Source of the DNA: Candidatus Poribacteria bacterium
GTDB taxonomy: Bacteria; Poribacteria; WGA-4E; WGA-3G
Assembly (NCBI GenBank): GCA_963665235.2
Contig: CAXXLX010000001.1
Span: forward strand, 864,001 to 928,000
Direction of reading: 5' to 3'
Length of the DNA stretch: 64,000 bases
Shown here: positions 31,692 through 41,998 of the stretch, one piece after another
Position numbering within the stretch: position 1 is the stretch's first letter
Layout: the number at the start of each line of letters is the position of its first letter
Notes under the pieces: model-generated
Told to the model about the DNA's origin: nothing
What the model saw: the letters and a program-made list of their open reading frames with translations, nothing else
The model's database searches: none
Made by a program: the position numbers and the translations under genes

Positions 31692-32365
31692 GACACAAAC
31701 TAAATGAAGATTAAAAAATTGATTCGGTAATTGCCCGACCCTAGACATCTGCTCTAATGTTTCTCTTGTGTGTGGTCTGTTATCTTGTTGTCTAAATCAC
31801 GGAAGGCGCGGAGGACGCGGAGTATACGGTGCGAAACACTCCAAGTTTTGTGATTATAGGTTAGGATGTTGTTCTTTCTATAAACATGCCGCCCCGCTGG
31901 GGCTAGGTTGTGGTGTGGTTGCGTTTGCTATAAACATATCGCCCCGCTGGGGCTATTTTTTGTTTTGTTTGTGTTTTCTATAAAGATACCGCCCCGCTGG
32001 GGCTAGGTTGTGGTGTGGTTGCGTTTTCTATAAAGATACCGCCCCGCTGGGGAAACCGCGCTTTTGTCCATCGGAGTCTACCGCCCCGCTGGGGCTGCGC
32101 TTTTTTTCTATTTTTCTCGTATTTGTATTTGTGTGTGCAACAGTGAGAAAAATCAGAAATGCTTTGCGAATCGGGCATCAGGCGCACAGATAGTGTCCAA
32201 ACCATAGGACTATATTAGTCAAACCCCTCTTTTTCCGAGTTCTCCGTGTCCTCTGTGTCCTCCGCGATTTGCGGTGTACTCGCCCAAATGCGCCGTGCAT
32301 TCAGACAGTACACAAGCGAGATCCACTCTTCCATCCTTCCCCTCTTCCACCCTTCCACCTTTCCT
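31692..32365. repeat. Second copy of the composite intergenic cassette also found at about 24186-25025, with five CCCCGCTGGGG repeats
   Basis: About 130 bp near-identical to 24186-24315, and ggactatattagtcaaacccc...gcattcagaca shared with 24804-24905. Confidence 0.85.
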
Positions 32366-32380
32366 CTGTCATTACGGAAT

Positions 32381-32409
32381 TTGACAAAAAACCTTTAACC
32401 TGTTAAAAT
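32381..32409 (+). promoter_or_regulatory. sigma70 promoter
   Basis: TTGACA-17-TAAAAT upstream of 32442. Confidence 0.65.
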
Positions 32410-32441
32410 ATTGCACAAGTCCACGCTAAAAAACAAAAACT

Positions 32442-33497
32442 ATGAAGAAAAACAGAGATAGAATTTCCCTACTCGTATCTTTTGCGGTGCATATTGCCGT
32501 GATATTGGCAGTGTCGCCGTTTATAGTGAAGTATTACAACGACTCGAACGACACTATTTCCGCCGAGTTTATCAAGGCTGAACCGCGTCCACAAGTGAAA
32601 CGGCAAGTGTTAAATCGACATTTGCTACGGATTTTACCTGTCGAACCTGCGGCGGAATCTGCGCCATCGCTTGCCTCCCCGACTTACGCACCAGAGGTGC
32701 AAGCTCCTAAAGCCCCTGTTCACGCGGACCTGGTCCCGACGGTCGTCACGCATGTCAGTATACCGGAGTCAGCCGCACCTTCACTACCGAACGCTAGTTT
32801 TGGGGAGGATATGAGCGGGGGCGGTCCGGTCGTCATTCCAGGGCTTCAGGGGAGAGGCCGCGGTCATACACCCGGGACCGGTCTAAGAGGGAGCGGCAAA
32901 GGTGAAGGCAGCGGTGTCGGCAAGGGATTGGCTAGCCTCGTGAAAGTAGCAGACCTCGGTGCCGTGGGTGATTTGGGGAAGAGCCCCGGGCTCGGTATTT
33001 TCAACACTGACGTTGTGCCGGGACACGGATTAATCGGGCAGGTCTATGTGCCTGGTACTCCCATCACAAAGATGCCGGTTTTTGAACGTTTGACACCCGT
33101 TTATACATTTCTTACGGCGAACTTGGATGTCCCTACGAGAAATTATAACAGCGGTTTTCCTACACCGGAGAAGCAGACTGTCGTTGAAAACTTCGCAATT
33201 CGCTTCCGTGGAAAATTAGCTGTCGGTAAACCCGGCACCTATATCTTCGAACTTTACTCCGATGATGGTGCGAAGTTATACATCAACAAGAAATTGGTTA
33301 TCAATAACGATGGGGTCCATCCGGCGCAAAGTAGACGGGGAAAATTTGCACTTCAAGCAGGTATGCACCCTGTCGAAATTCACTATTTCCAGGGGCCCCG
33401 GTTCCAAATTGCATTGCGATGGTTCTACAAACCGCCAAACGGAGCTATGCAGATTGTGCCGTCTCGCGTTATTTTTCACCCTGGTGCCGCCAATTGA
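32442..33497 (+). CDS. Membrane-anchored PA14-domain protein
   Basis: N-terminal TM, Pro/Gly linker, F.L.SDDGAKLYIN..VINNDG.H...H.VEIHYFQG. Confidence 0.85.
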   Translation: MKKNRDRISLLVSFAVHIAVILAVSPFIVKYYNDSNDTISAEFIKAEPRPQVKRQVLNRHLLRILPVEPAAESAPSLASPTYAPEVQAPKAPVHADLVPTVVTHVSIPESAAPSLPNASFGEDMSGGGPVVIPGLQGRGRGHTPGTGLRGSGKGEGSGVGKGLASLVKVADLGAVGDLGKSPGLGIFNTDVVPGHGLIGQVYVPGTPITKMPVFERLTPVYTFLTANLDVPTRNYNSGFPTPEKQTVVENFAIRFRGKLAVGKPGTYIFELYSDDGAKLYINKKLVINNDGVHPAQSRRGKFALQAGMHPVEIHYFQGPRFQIALRWFYKPPNGAMQIVPSRVIFHPGAAN

Positions 33498-33606
33498 GGA
33501 GGCTGCAAAGGCCCAATTAGGAGTCGCTCCTACAATGGAGGAACAGAACATGAATTGCGCGTCGGATTGTGCTGATGAATCCAACGTGTTTGCCACAAGA
33601 GAGAAG

Positions 33607-34341
33607 ATGCGAACTTTTTTGATTACCTCCACTATTTTTTTTACGATGTCCCTCCCGGCGACACTGCTGAATTCGGCGGAAAGACACCAACATGAGTTTA
33701 CCTTCGTTCGGCTCAAATATCGCGGGGAACTCACGCGTCTCAGTAGCTGGCGGGTAGATTGGCCGGCTTCCGACCGTAATTTTCTTTTTCAACTCCGCAA
33801 ACACACAAACGTCGATGCCGCCCCCCGTGAAAAAATTATTGAGGTCGGGTCAGAGGAACTCTTCGACTATGCATTCGCTTATATGTTGGAGGTCGGCAGT
33901 CTGCGGCTCAGCAAAGCGGAGGCAGCAAATCTACGCGAATACCTCTTACGCGGCGGGTTCATTTTTGTCGACGACTTCCACGGCCAACGCGAATGGCGAT
34001 GGTTCTATAGAGAACTGAAAAAAATTTTTCCACATCGAGAACCGGTGGATATTCCTATATCACATCCAATTTTTCACTGCTTCTTTAAAATTGACAAGCT
34101 GATTCAGATTCCCGGGCTCCGCTCCCTCTTTAGTGGACGGACTTACGAACGTGTAGATGGGCATCCTGCTTACTGTCGCGGTGTATATGATGACAAAGGG
34201 CGGCTGATGATGATGATCAATTTTAATACGGACTTAGGCGATGCATGGGAACACGCCGCAGAGGATTTCTACCCGCATAAATATTCCAATATGGCACTGA
34301 AAATGGGCATTAATGCCGTTATCTACTCGCTTACCCATTAA
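33607..34341 (+). CDS. DUF4159 domain protein
   Basis: FVRLKY, DWP.SDRN, LREYLLRGGFIFVDDF, NTDLGDAWE; start uncertain. Confidence 0.85.
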   Translation: MRTFLITSTIFFTMSLPATLLNSAERHQHEFTFVRLKYRGELTRLSSWRVDWPASDRNFLFQLRKHTNVDAAPREKIIEVGSEELFDYAFAYMLEVGSLRLSKAEAANLREYLLRGGFIFVDDFHGQREWRWFYRELKKIFPHREPVDIPISHPIFHCFFKIDKLIQIPGLRSLFSGRTYERVDGHPAYCRGVYDDKGRLMMMINFNTDLGDAWEHAAEDFYPHKYSNMALKMGINAVIYSLTH

Positions 34342-34400
34342 TGGCTACTGAGCTTTGGACAATCAATTTTAGGGGGGCGTAAAGTTTATCAAAGGAATAG

Positions 34401-34668
34401 GTGGAAGGATGGAAGATTGGAAGAATGGAAGGATGGAAGCGGGGAAGGATGGAAGGATGGAAGATTGGAGGGATGGAAGATTGGAAGATGGAAGGATGGA
34501 AGATTGGAAGAATGGAAGGATGGAAGATTGGAGGGATGGAAGATTGGAGGGATGGAAGATTGGAAGGATGGAAGGATGGAAGATTGGAGGGATGGAAGCG
34601 CGGAAGATTGGAGGGATGGAAGATTGGAAGAATGGAAGGATGGAAGCGGGGAAGGATGGAAGATTGGA
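34401..34668. repeat. Purine-rich 8-bp tandem repeat (GGAAGGAT/GGAAGATT)
   Basis: Directly visible; shorter copies at about 32330, 49660 and 50813. Confidence 0.95.
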
Positions 34669-34912
34669 TTTCGCGTGTGTTGTCTGAATCGCGGAAAACA
34701 CAGAGAACACAGAGAACGCGGAAAAAGAGGTTTCTTGCTAACATGTGTGCATTTTTCGTCTGAATCGCGGATTAGCACAGAGAATGCAGCGGACGCGGAT
34801 TTTAAATCGATTAGTCATTGGCAAGAGGAAGAGGGTTTTGACGCGCGGCAGAGACAGGCTTAGCATCACAAACTTCTTGCTAACAGCCAACAGCCAACAG
34901 CCAGAAGAGAGA

Positions 34913-36394
34913 CTACCGTCTACGTTTTGGCGTGGTGCAAATATCACACACCAATTTTTCTAGTATGCATATTGCCTCTAACGGTTTTGCCTCCTTGACA
35001 GGCGAGACGATTTTCAACCTGCCCTGTTCCAAAATATAGGTTGCATCGAACGTCCCGGTGCCCGGTTTCAATTGGAGGTCGGCTTCTAAGATTTTCTCTA
35101 GGGCATTCATTAACTCGTCAGCAGTGAAAGCGTGGAGCGTTTGAAAAAGTTTGTAGGCGACATAAGGATTCTTCTTCAGAATATTATACGTGGCGGATTT
35201 CGGTAAAAGGTCTGCTAGCTCGTCAGCGAGCGGTTGAAAAACATTTTTGGTAAAATCAGGGAACGACATCCTCCCTCCGATCGGTTTCCCGTTTCTTTGC
35301 GAAATGAGTTTGGCTTGGAGGGCAAACCGAAATTGACTCGCTATTGCAGCATTAAGCACGATAGGCTCCTGCCCTCCTGCTAAGACCTCGTGAAGGCTTT
35401 TCAATGCGCGCCCGGTTGCCCGTTTCGCAATAGCATCCGTAAGGTCGAAGATGTTATCAAACGTGGTTTGCGTCACCATGTTTCGGACATCCTGTTCATC
35501 AATTTGATGTTTATCGCCAACGAAATCGATGATTTTGTTAATAGCTTCCGCAATTGTCCGCATATCGCCGCCGGTACGATTTCGGAGCAACGCGAAAGCT
35601 CGGGGGGAAATCTTTTTCTGATGTGTCTCAAACTTTTCTACCACTTTTTTATAAAGTGGGTCACGGTTGATTGAATTCCCTGCTTCCAAAGGTGCAAAAG
35701 TGACATATCTCCCGACCTCTTGGATAGCTTTCGCGAGCGGATGTTTTTCGCTCACGTCCCCTTTTACCGTGAAGATAAGCACCCCTGTTTTCGGTAAACT
35801 GCCTTGCAGCCATTCCAACAAGCGTGCAGCATCGTCAGCCCCACCCTTATCTTGGCTGCTAGACTGAGAGGTACCCTCCAATTGTGTGGCGAGTTTAGGC
35901 AAACGTTTAAAGAACGTTCGCGCCTCTTCGGTCAGTGCGTCCCCCATGTCGTCGGACATATCTTGCAGGGCAGTGTTGAAATCGGGATGTTCATTTGCAA
36001 TCTGTAACGTAGAGACCCCTATGAGTTTTGCGATACTCGTGACACACTTTTTAACGTCCTCGGTTTCATGCCGCATTGCAGTGCGGATGACCGTTGCGGG
36101 GGAGGTGCCCCGTCTTCGTGTTTGGGCAAACAGTGGGGAATCGCTGACGACGACAACCCGCCGTTCGGACATGAGCGGATACACCTCAACATGGCTGAGT
36201 ATGTCTCTGACCGATACATTCGCCCCATCTAAGTAGGTTAAGTTGAAATCGCGAGCATCGGGCGGCAAGAGGGTTTCTATCATCTGCTTGAGGGTGCCTT
36301 CAATGAGAAAACTCTCCTCGCCACAGAGTAGGTAAACGGGAAAAACCTTATTCCCTTGTACTTCGCGAAGGATGTTCGGTTGTTTTTGTTTCAT
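34913..36394 (-). CDS. holA: DNA polymerase III delta subunit, with internal insertion
   Basis: PVYLLCGEESFL, DFN...LDG, P.MSERRVVVV, IFDLTDAI, ADLQLK. Confidence 0.9.
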   Translation of the reverse strand: MKQKQPNILREVQGNKVFPVYLLCGEESFLIEGTLKQMIETLLPPDARDFNLTYLDGANVSVRDILSHVEVYPLMSERRVVVVSDSPLFAQTRRRGTSPATVIRTAMRHETEDVKKCVTSIAKLIGVSTLQIANEHPDFNTALQDMSDDMGDALTEEARTFFKRLPKLATQLEGTSQSSSQDKGGADDAARLLEWLQGSLPKTGVLIFTVKGDVSEKHPLAKAIQEVGRYVTFAPLEAGNSINRDPLYKKVVEKFETHQKKISPRAFALLRNRTGGDMRTIAEAINKIIDFVGDKHQIDEQDVRNMVTQTTFDNIFDLTDAIAKRATGRALKSLHEVLAGGQEPIVLNAAIASQFRFALQAKLISQRNGKPIGGRMSFPDFTKNVFQPLADELADLLPKSATYNILKKNPYVAYKLFQTLHAFTADELMNALEKILEADLQLKPGTGTFDATYILEQGRLKIVSPVKEAKPLEAICILEKLVCDICTTPKRRR

Positions 36395-36610
36395 GGTGGC
36401 TATTGGAAACCATTGGCTGTTGGCTGTTGGCTATTGGTTGATAACCGTTGTCGGGATATCTGTAGCCTCTTCCTCTTCTGTAGAAGCGTGCTGTGCACGC
36501 GATACATTATATCTTCTGTAGGAGCGTGCTGTGCACGCGATACATAATACCATTTTTATTAATTATTCTATCATTACCGGTTGTTTAGAAATGAAACGGA
36601 GAACGGAAGA

Positions 36611-37487
36611 CCCAAACTGGAAGTTTATGCTACAAGAATCGCACAAACTGGAAGTTTATGCTACAAGAATCGCCCAAACTGGAAGTTTATGCTACAAGAA
36701 CAAGAATCGCACAAACTGGAAGTTTATGCTACAAGAATCGCACAAACTGGAAGTTTATGCTACAAGAACAAGAATCGCACAAACTGGAAGTTTATGCTAC
36801 AAGAAACAAACTGGAAGTTTATGCTTCGCACAAACTGGAAGTTTATTCGCCCAAACTGGAAGTTTATGCTACAAGAACCGCACAAACTGGAAGTTTATGC
36901 TACAAGAATCGCACAAACTGGAAGTTTATGCTAAGTTTATGCTACAAGAATCGCCCAAACTGGAAGTTTATGCTACAAGAACCGCACAAACTAAAAGTTT
37001 ATGCTACAAGAATCGCACAAACTAAAAGTTTATGCTACGAATCGCCCAAACTGGAAGTTTATGCTACAAACTGGAAGTTTATACAAGAATCGCCAAACTG
37101 GAAGTTTATGCTACAAGAACCGCACAAACTAAAAATACAAGAATCGCACAAACTGGAAGTTTATGCTACAAGAACCGCACAAACTAAAAGTTTATGCTAC
37201 AAGAATCGCACAAACTAAAAGTTTATGCTACAAGAATCGCACAAACTGGAAGTTTATGCTACAAGAACCGCACAAACTGGAAGTTTATGCTACAAGAATC
37301 GCACAAACTGGAAGTTTATGCTACAAGAATCGCACAAACTGGAAGTTTATGCTACAAGAATCGCCCAAACTGGAAGTTTATGCTACAAGAACGCGCACTA
37401 AAAACTGGAAGTTTATGCTACAAGAATCGCACAAACTGGAAGTTTATGCTACAAGAACCGCACAAACTGGAAGTTTATGCTACAAGA
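36611..37487. repeat. Degenerate tandem array of a 31-bp GTAG-type REP unit, roughly 25-28 copies
   Basis: gcacaaactggaagtttatgctacaagaatc; reverse complement GTAGCATAAACTTCCAGTTTGTGC; flanked by tgtaggagcgtgctgtgcacgcga REPs at about 36517 and 37525. Confidence 0.95.
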
Positions 37488-37562
37488 AAGAGACATTTTC
37501 AATTAGAAATGGTATAATATTTTCTGTAGGAGCGTGCTGTGCACGCGATACCTCCTACCGTT

Positions 37563-39962
37563 CTATAACGGCCGAATGATGATTTTTACCTTCGTGCCTT
37601 TAGGCGGCACCAAATCGGTGTTGGCACGATAGGTGCGGTCATCTGTTCCCCCAGGCAACGCGTGATTGAAAAGTGAGTCCGGGTCACGATAAACAGCGAT
37701 AACGTTATGAAACTTTTGCGCGGTCAGTTGGTTGTTGATAAGTCTACCGCCGCTAAAAATCCACGGTGTTTTTTGCATCGGTTGTTCCGTGAAGGCATTC
37801 CATACTAATTCTTCCGCCCGGTGTAGGACGACTTCATCTTGGCGTTTCCATTGCACCCAAATTTCAGCAGTATCGCCCTTCGGTTCACGCGGGTCGCCTT
37901 GTGCCGTGAGATGATTCATACCGGGCTCCATTTCAAGCAGACCGAGGGCGACAAATATCTGCATAGGTTCGGCATCAATCATCAAAAGACTTTCGTAAGT
38001 TTTGCCAAGGTTTCCACATGCAAAAAATTCGAGGATAGTCTCTTCACTTGTAGCGTTAATTTCACCGGGGAAGGTAATTTCGCGTTTATTTGTGTCGCAA
38101 ACGACATTGCCCAATTGGTAGATGCCTTCCCCAATTTTGCGGATGCTAGCAAGTTCGGCATCTGTTGCCGCTGTCGATTTTGAATGAACGGTAAGGGGTA
38201 CCGAAGCGGTATTGTCGCTTTCATCCGCGTCTTCAAAGTCAACCTGCACGCTAATCTCCATCTCCCCCTCTTCCGGGGGTGCCCAATCTACGGAGACAGT
38301 TGATTCATCCAGAGTGGATGTCCACAAAACCTGTGTTGTTTTAATTGCTACGTCATCCGCATAGAAGGTGACGTTCAGTATATTCTCGAAGGGGGTTCCG
38401 GTATTTCTGAGGGTTGCGCTGAGCCGCGTTGCTTCCCCGGCACGGGGTGCGGGGGGTGAAAACCGTAGGCTCTGCGGGACCACGCCGATATTCGGTTCCG
38501 ATGGCCCGACAAGGGCATGGCTGAGTGTCATGACAGCGAAACAGGTCGCCAAAAAATCGCCATCTGCCCCACGCCATCTGCCGTCCGGCTCCTGCTCCGC
38601 AACCATCATCCCGGATATTTCATTATACCAGTCATACCCTGCGAGTGTCGCTAGCTGGGGCGGAATGTCACAGAAACGTTGCAGCGAGAGAAGATAGTAA
38701 TACAACCACGAATTTGAGCCCGGGTTCCGGGTAAGTGACCAATATTTCTTAATCCAGTCCATCCCCTTCTGCACCTGCGCGTCTTCAACGGGGACACCAC
38801 AGGCACGAAGTGCCCACAGTCCTGTAGCTGTCATACTTCCGTACACCCCGATTGCCCAAGGTGACCCTTGGTCTACGAGGTTATAGAGCCAGCCACCTGT
38901 TTCAGTCTGATTTCGGCGAATCCAATTTTCAGCGCGAGTCCAGGTATCCTGCGGGATAGTCAAGCCTGCACGTTTTCCTACGTAAAGGGCATAGATAACC
39001 ATGTTCATGTGCGCGCCATCAGCGCTGTAACCGTAGCCCCAACCCCCATAATCTCTTGCATCGGAGAATTCGCTCCCTTCGCTAACAGGCAACTGCTTTT
39101 CCACCAACTGATTCACAGCAAATTGAGCACGCGCCCGATAGTCCGGATTCCCTGCTGCTACCAAAACCGGCACAATCACTGCATACCGATAGACCGCGAA
39201 CTCGTTCCAATCCTCTGACAGCAAGTAGTCTAACCCTTTTTGTACCGTTGGATGCGTTTCGGTATACCCAGCAGCAAACAACGCTTGTAAGGCTAAAGCC
39301 GTCTCTTGTACACTATCGTCCCCGAAATTCCATGCGGGGCCCGGCACAAAATCTCTTGCCAACCCTTTCAGGCTTGAACCACAGCGAACGCAGGTTAAAA
39401 TCAGTTGATTTTCAAGACCACATTGCAAACAGGTACGGCTATGTTTGCCCTGTTGCGTCTCCAGCCAGGCAATACCTTTGTCCACTGATACCTGAATTTG
39501 TTCTGCTGTGACCGCATCGAACGTCCGCGCCGTGGCGACTATTGCTGCATGGGCAATGTTGTTCCGATCTCCAGATTCCTGAATATGTTTATCGCCAGAT
39601 GGGTTCACAACTGCATAAATTTCGGTCTTACCCGCCGGCGGCCGCCACTGTGCTTTGACCTGCTTTGTTTTTCCGGGCTCCAATTCCATAATAACATCTT
39701 TACATAGAATTTGGAGCGGTTGCGTTGCAGGCTCTCCCTCGTAAAGGTCAACGACCAAATCTTGATTCATCGTGGGCGATATGTCCCCAACGTTTTTTAC
39801 TGTAATCCAGATGGTAATCTCTTCACCTTCAACAGGGGTTTGATTAGAGAAGGTAATGCTATTGGCATCCAGCTGGAAATCGGGAAGTTGCCCAAAAGCA
39901 CTCCCGAAAAATAGGGCAAAAACAGAAAATATGCCGATTGCGAAAACGTAGTATCTACGCAT
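37563..39962 (-). CDS. Secreted multidomain protein: CARDB + prenyltransferase/squalene-oxidase-like alpha barrel + CARDB + YdjY-like domain
   Basis: Signal peptide, V.NVG and VVNP...E...NN CARDB motifs, GGWGY / GGWLY / Q..DG.W repeats, LEFFAC...GKTYES and W.FSG. Confidence 0.78.
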   Translation of the reverse strand: MRRYYVFAIGIFSVFALFFGSAFGQLPDFQLDANSITFSNQTPVEGEEITIWITVKNVGDISPTMNQDLVVDLYEGEPATQPLQILCKDVIMELEPGKTKQVKAQWRPPAGKTEIYAVVNPSGDKHIQESGDRNNIAHAAIVATARTFDAVTAEQIQVSVDKGIAWLETQQGKHSRTCLQCGLENQLILTCVRCGSSLKGLARDFVPGPAWNFGDDSVQETALALQALFAAGYTETHPTVQKGLDYLLSEDWNEFAVYRYAVIVPVLVAAGNPDYRARAQFAVNQLVEKQLPVSEGSEFSDARDYGGWGYGYSADGAHMNMVIYALYVGKRAGLTIPQDTWTRAENWIRRNQTETGGWLYNLVDQGSPWAIGVYGSMTATGLWALRACGVPVEDAQVQKGMDWIKKYWSLTRNPGSNSWLYYYLLSLQRFCDIPPQLATLAGYDWYNEISGMMVAEQEPDGRWRGADGDFLATCFAVMTLSHALVGPSEPNIGVVPQSLRFSPPAPRAGEATRLSATLRNTGTPFENILNVTFYADDVAIKTTQVLWTSTLDESTVSVDWAPPEEGEMEISVQVDFEDADESDNTASVPLTVHSKSTAATDAELASIRKIGEGIYQLGNVVCDTNKREITFPGEINATSEETILEFFACGNLGKTYESLLMIDAEPMQIFVALGLLEMEPGMNHLTAQGDPREPKGDTAEIWVQWKRQDEVVLHRAEELVWNAFTEQPMQKTPWIFSGGRLINNQLTAQKFHNVIAVYRDPDSLFNHALPGGTDDRTYRANTDLVPPKGTKVKIIIRPL

Positions 39963-39997
39963 AATAATGCCCTCCTATATGCTCCCGGCAATGCCGG

Positions 39998-40960
39998 CTA
40001 TTTTCCTTCCCAATACCCAATTGAGACGCTTGAAGGTTGCGGAATATCGTTTTTGAACAACCGTTTTCCTGCAGATGTCCACTTACTGACCTGTCCCTGG
40101 TATGTATCGCCAAGCAGGTCAGCGACCCAAATTCCACCGTCTGCGGGGGAAAGTCGTATTGCAACAATTGCCATACCGCCTGCAAATTCTTTGAGCTTCT
40201 TACCAGTTGGCGATAGGTTAACGAGCATACTGTTATTCGCAGCAACCCAGACACTGCCATCTTTCGGATTGACGCTTGGCGATACAGGATTTTTCAGCTC
40301 GGTCACTCTTGCCAATTCTTCACCGTTCGGAGAGAGTCGAACGAGGAGATTATTCTGACTATCAGCTACCCAGGCGTTGCCTTGATAATCCACCGTCACA
40401 CCGCCTTTCGGTTCTTTCATCGGCGGGGCGGTTGCAATCTGGTTTCCGTTTGCATCGTAACGGCCGATCGGACCGCGGGCATCCGTTATCCAGCAGCTCC
40501 CATCCTTCGGATTGACAGCAACATTGAATCTTCCGGTTTCTACATTGGGCGGACCGCCTGTCGGAACCACCTGCGCGAGAATTTGGGTGCCATCGCTGGA
40601 TATTTTCCACACGCCATTCAGACCTGCTACCCAGATAGTGCCATCTGCTGGATTAACAGAAATCATGTTGGGGCGTTCAATCGTTGGGGCTTGTGTAAAC
40701 GACTCTGCAGCCGCCGGATCGTACCGGAAAACAGCGTTTGATGCAGAAATAGCAATCCATGCGACACCGTTGGTCGGGTTGACCTCCGCATCGCTCGCTT
40801 GTGTTAAATTCGGAATAACCGTCGGGTCGGCACTACCGTTCGCATTGAGTCTGTAGACGGTATCGCCGCTACTTATGACCCAACACTCACCGTTATACTG
40901 CCCGTAGCTAGTTGCAACACACATGACAGATAATATCAGTATCCAAAATATTTTTTTCAT
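39998..40960 (-). CDS. Secreted NHL/Vgb-like beta-propeller protein
   Basis: Signal peptide and repeated VNP.DG..W(V/I) blades. Confidence 0.82.
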   Translation of the reverse strand: MKKIFWILILSVMCVATSYGQYNGECWVISSGDTVYRLNANGSADPTVIPNLTQASDAEVNPTNGVAWIAISASNAVFRYDPAAAESFTQAPTIERPNMISVNPADGTIWVAGLNGVWKISSDGTQILAQVVPTGGPPNVETGRFNVAVNPKDGSCWITDARGPIGRYDANGNQIATAPPMKEPKGGVTVDYQGNAWVADSQNNLLVRLSPNGEELARVTELKNPVSPSVNPKDGSVWVAANNSMLVNLSPTGKKLKEFAGGMAIVAIRLSPADGGIWVADLLGDTYQGQVSKWTSAGKRLFKNDIPQPSSVSIGYWEGK

Positions 40961-41054
40961 TTCTTCTCCTCTAACATATTTTAAGATAAAATCCACTGTT
41001 TTTTTAAGTGTAGCATATTTTCAGATATTTTTCAAGACTTTACCATTTTATTTT

Positions 41055-41083
41055 TTGACATTTCTGTAGAAATCTTGTATACT
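41055..41083 (+). promoter_or_regulatory. sigma70 promoter facing the metal-efflux operon
   Basis: TTGACA-17-TATACT. Confidence 0.65.
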
Positions 41084-41091
41084 TAAAAATA

Positions 41092-41513
41092 CTAAACTTT
41101 GGACAATTTTAGAGTTTCGATTTGCGTTGTTGTCTGAATGCACGTCGCATTTGGGCGAGTGCGCCGCAAATCGCGGATTATCGCGGATTACACAGATTAC
41201 GCGGATTTTAAGGTGTGTATGCGTCAAGGTTTTGTGATTAAGTGATGTTGCGTTTTTTTGTCTGAATCACGGAAGGCACAGAGGACGCGGAAAGAAGCGG
41301 GGTTTGGCTAAAATCTATAAAGATACCGCCCCGCTGGGGCTATTTTTTGTTTTGTTTGTGTTTTCTATAAAGATACCGCCCCGCTGGGGAAACCGCGCTT
41401 TGGCGCATCGGAGTCTATTTTCTACTGTTTGTATTTGTGTGAGGCACTTAGAGAAAAATCAGAAATGCTTTGAAAATCGGGCATCAGGCTCACAGAAATT
41501 GTCCAAACTATAG
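41092..41513. mobile_element. MITE with TA-flanked TIRs (IS630/Tc1-like) and repeat cargo
   Basis: TA-ctaaactttggacaattt ... aaattgtccaaactatag-TA; solo ends at about 23555, 32193 and 50762. Confidence 0.72.
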
Positions 41514-41557
41514 TAAAAATAGGATGCAGAATCTATCCATTTTCTATTATCAACGTT

Positions 41558-41976
41558 CCGCGACAAAACCCAATCCTTTAGGTTTGGGATGTAGTCGCGG
41601 CTAAAAACTCTGATTAACATTAAACCTTTTTGCGAATCTTTCGTCTAATAGATTAGAGTGTACGGTTGCTATAGAGGGCAGTTACGCGCCTCATTGATTA
41701 GACTTCCTATAGTGTAAAGCTCTAATGTCGTAGTCAGAAAGCGTAGCGCGACAGTCGTTAGTAGGGAAAGACAGGTAATGCTGAAACCCGTTTGAACAAT
41801 ACGACTCAAAACAAATTTCACAAGGACACTTCGGTGTCGCAGTCAGGGTAGTGTCTGTTGCAGTAGGCTTCTGTCCCTGGAGAACCGCTATAGGTTTTCT
41901 AAACAAGGTCGTTGATCGCACGAAAGCTTTCGCATAACTTTGCGGAAGCCCAAGTCTTTAGACTTGGGTCTATCAC
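41558..41976 (+). mobile_element. Non-autonomous IS200/IS605-derived element with structured non-coding interior
   Basis: Left hairpin ccgcgac-aaaa-cccaatcctttaggtttggg-atgta-gtcgcgg; right end gaagcccaagtctttagacttgggtctatcac. Confidence 0.78.
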
Positions 41977-41998
41977 TCTCACTGTGAGTTGAACCGTC

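Noticed and set aside
34331-34863. Low-complexity ORFs in six frames
   Set aside because: Translations of the 8-bp GGAAGGAT tract
36611-37487. CRISPR array
   Set aside because: Units abut with only a few near-constant linker bases, with no unique spacers and no cas genes
41650-41976. NiCo riboswitch or IscB HEARO RNA
   Set aside because: I could not match the NiCo consensus; end polarity and the plus-strand cUUCGg loop fit a TnpB-type right end better, and no iscB ORF is present
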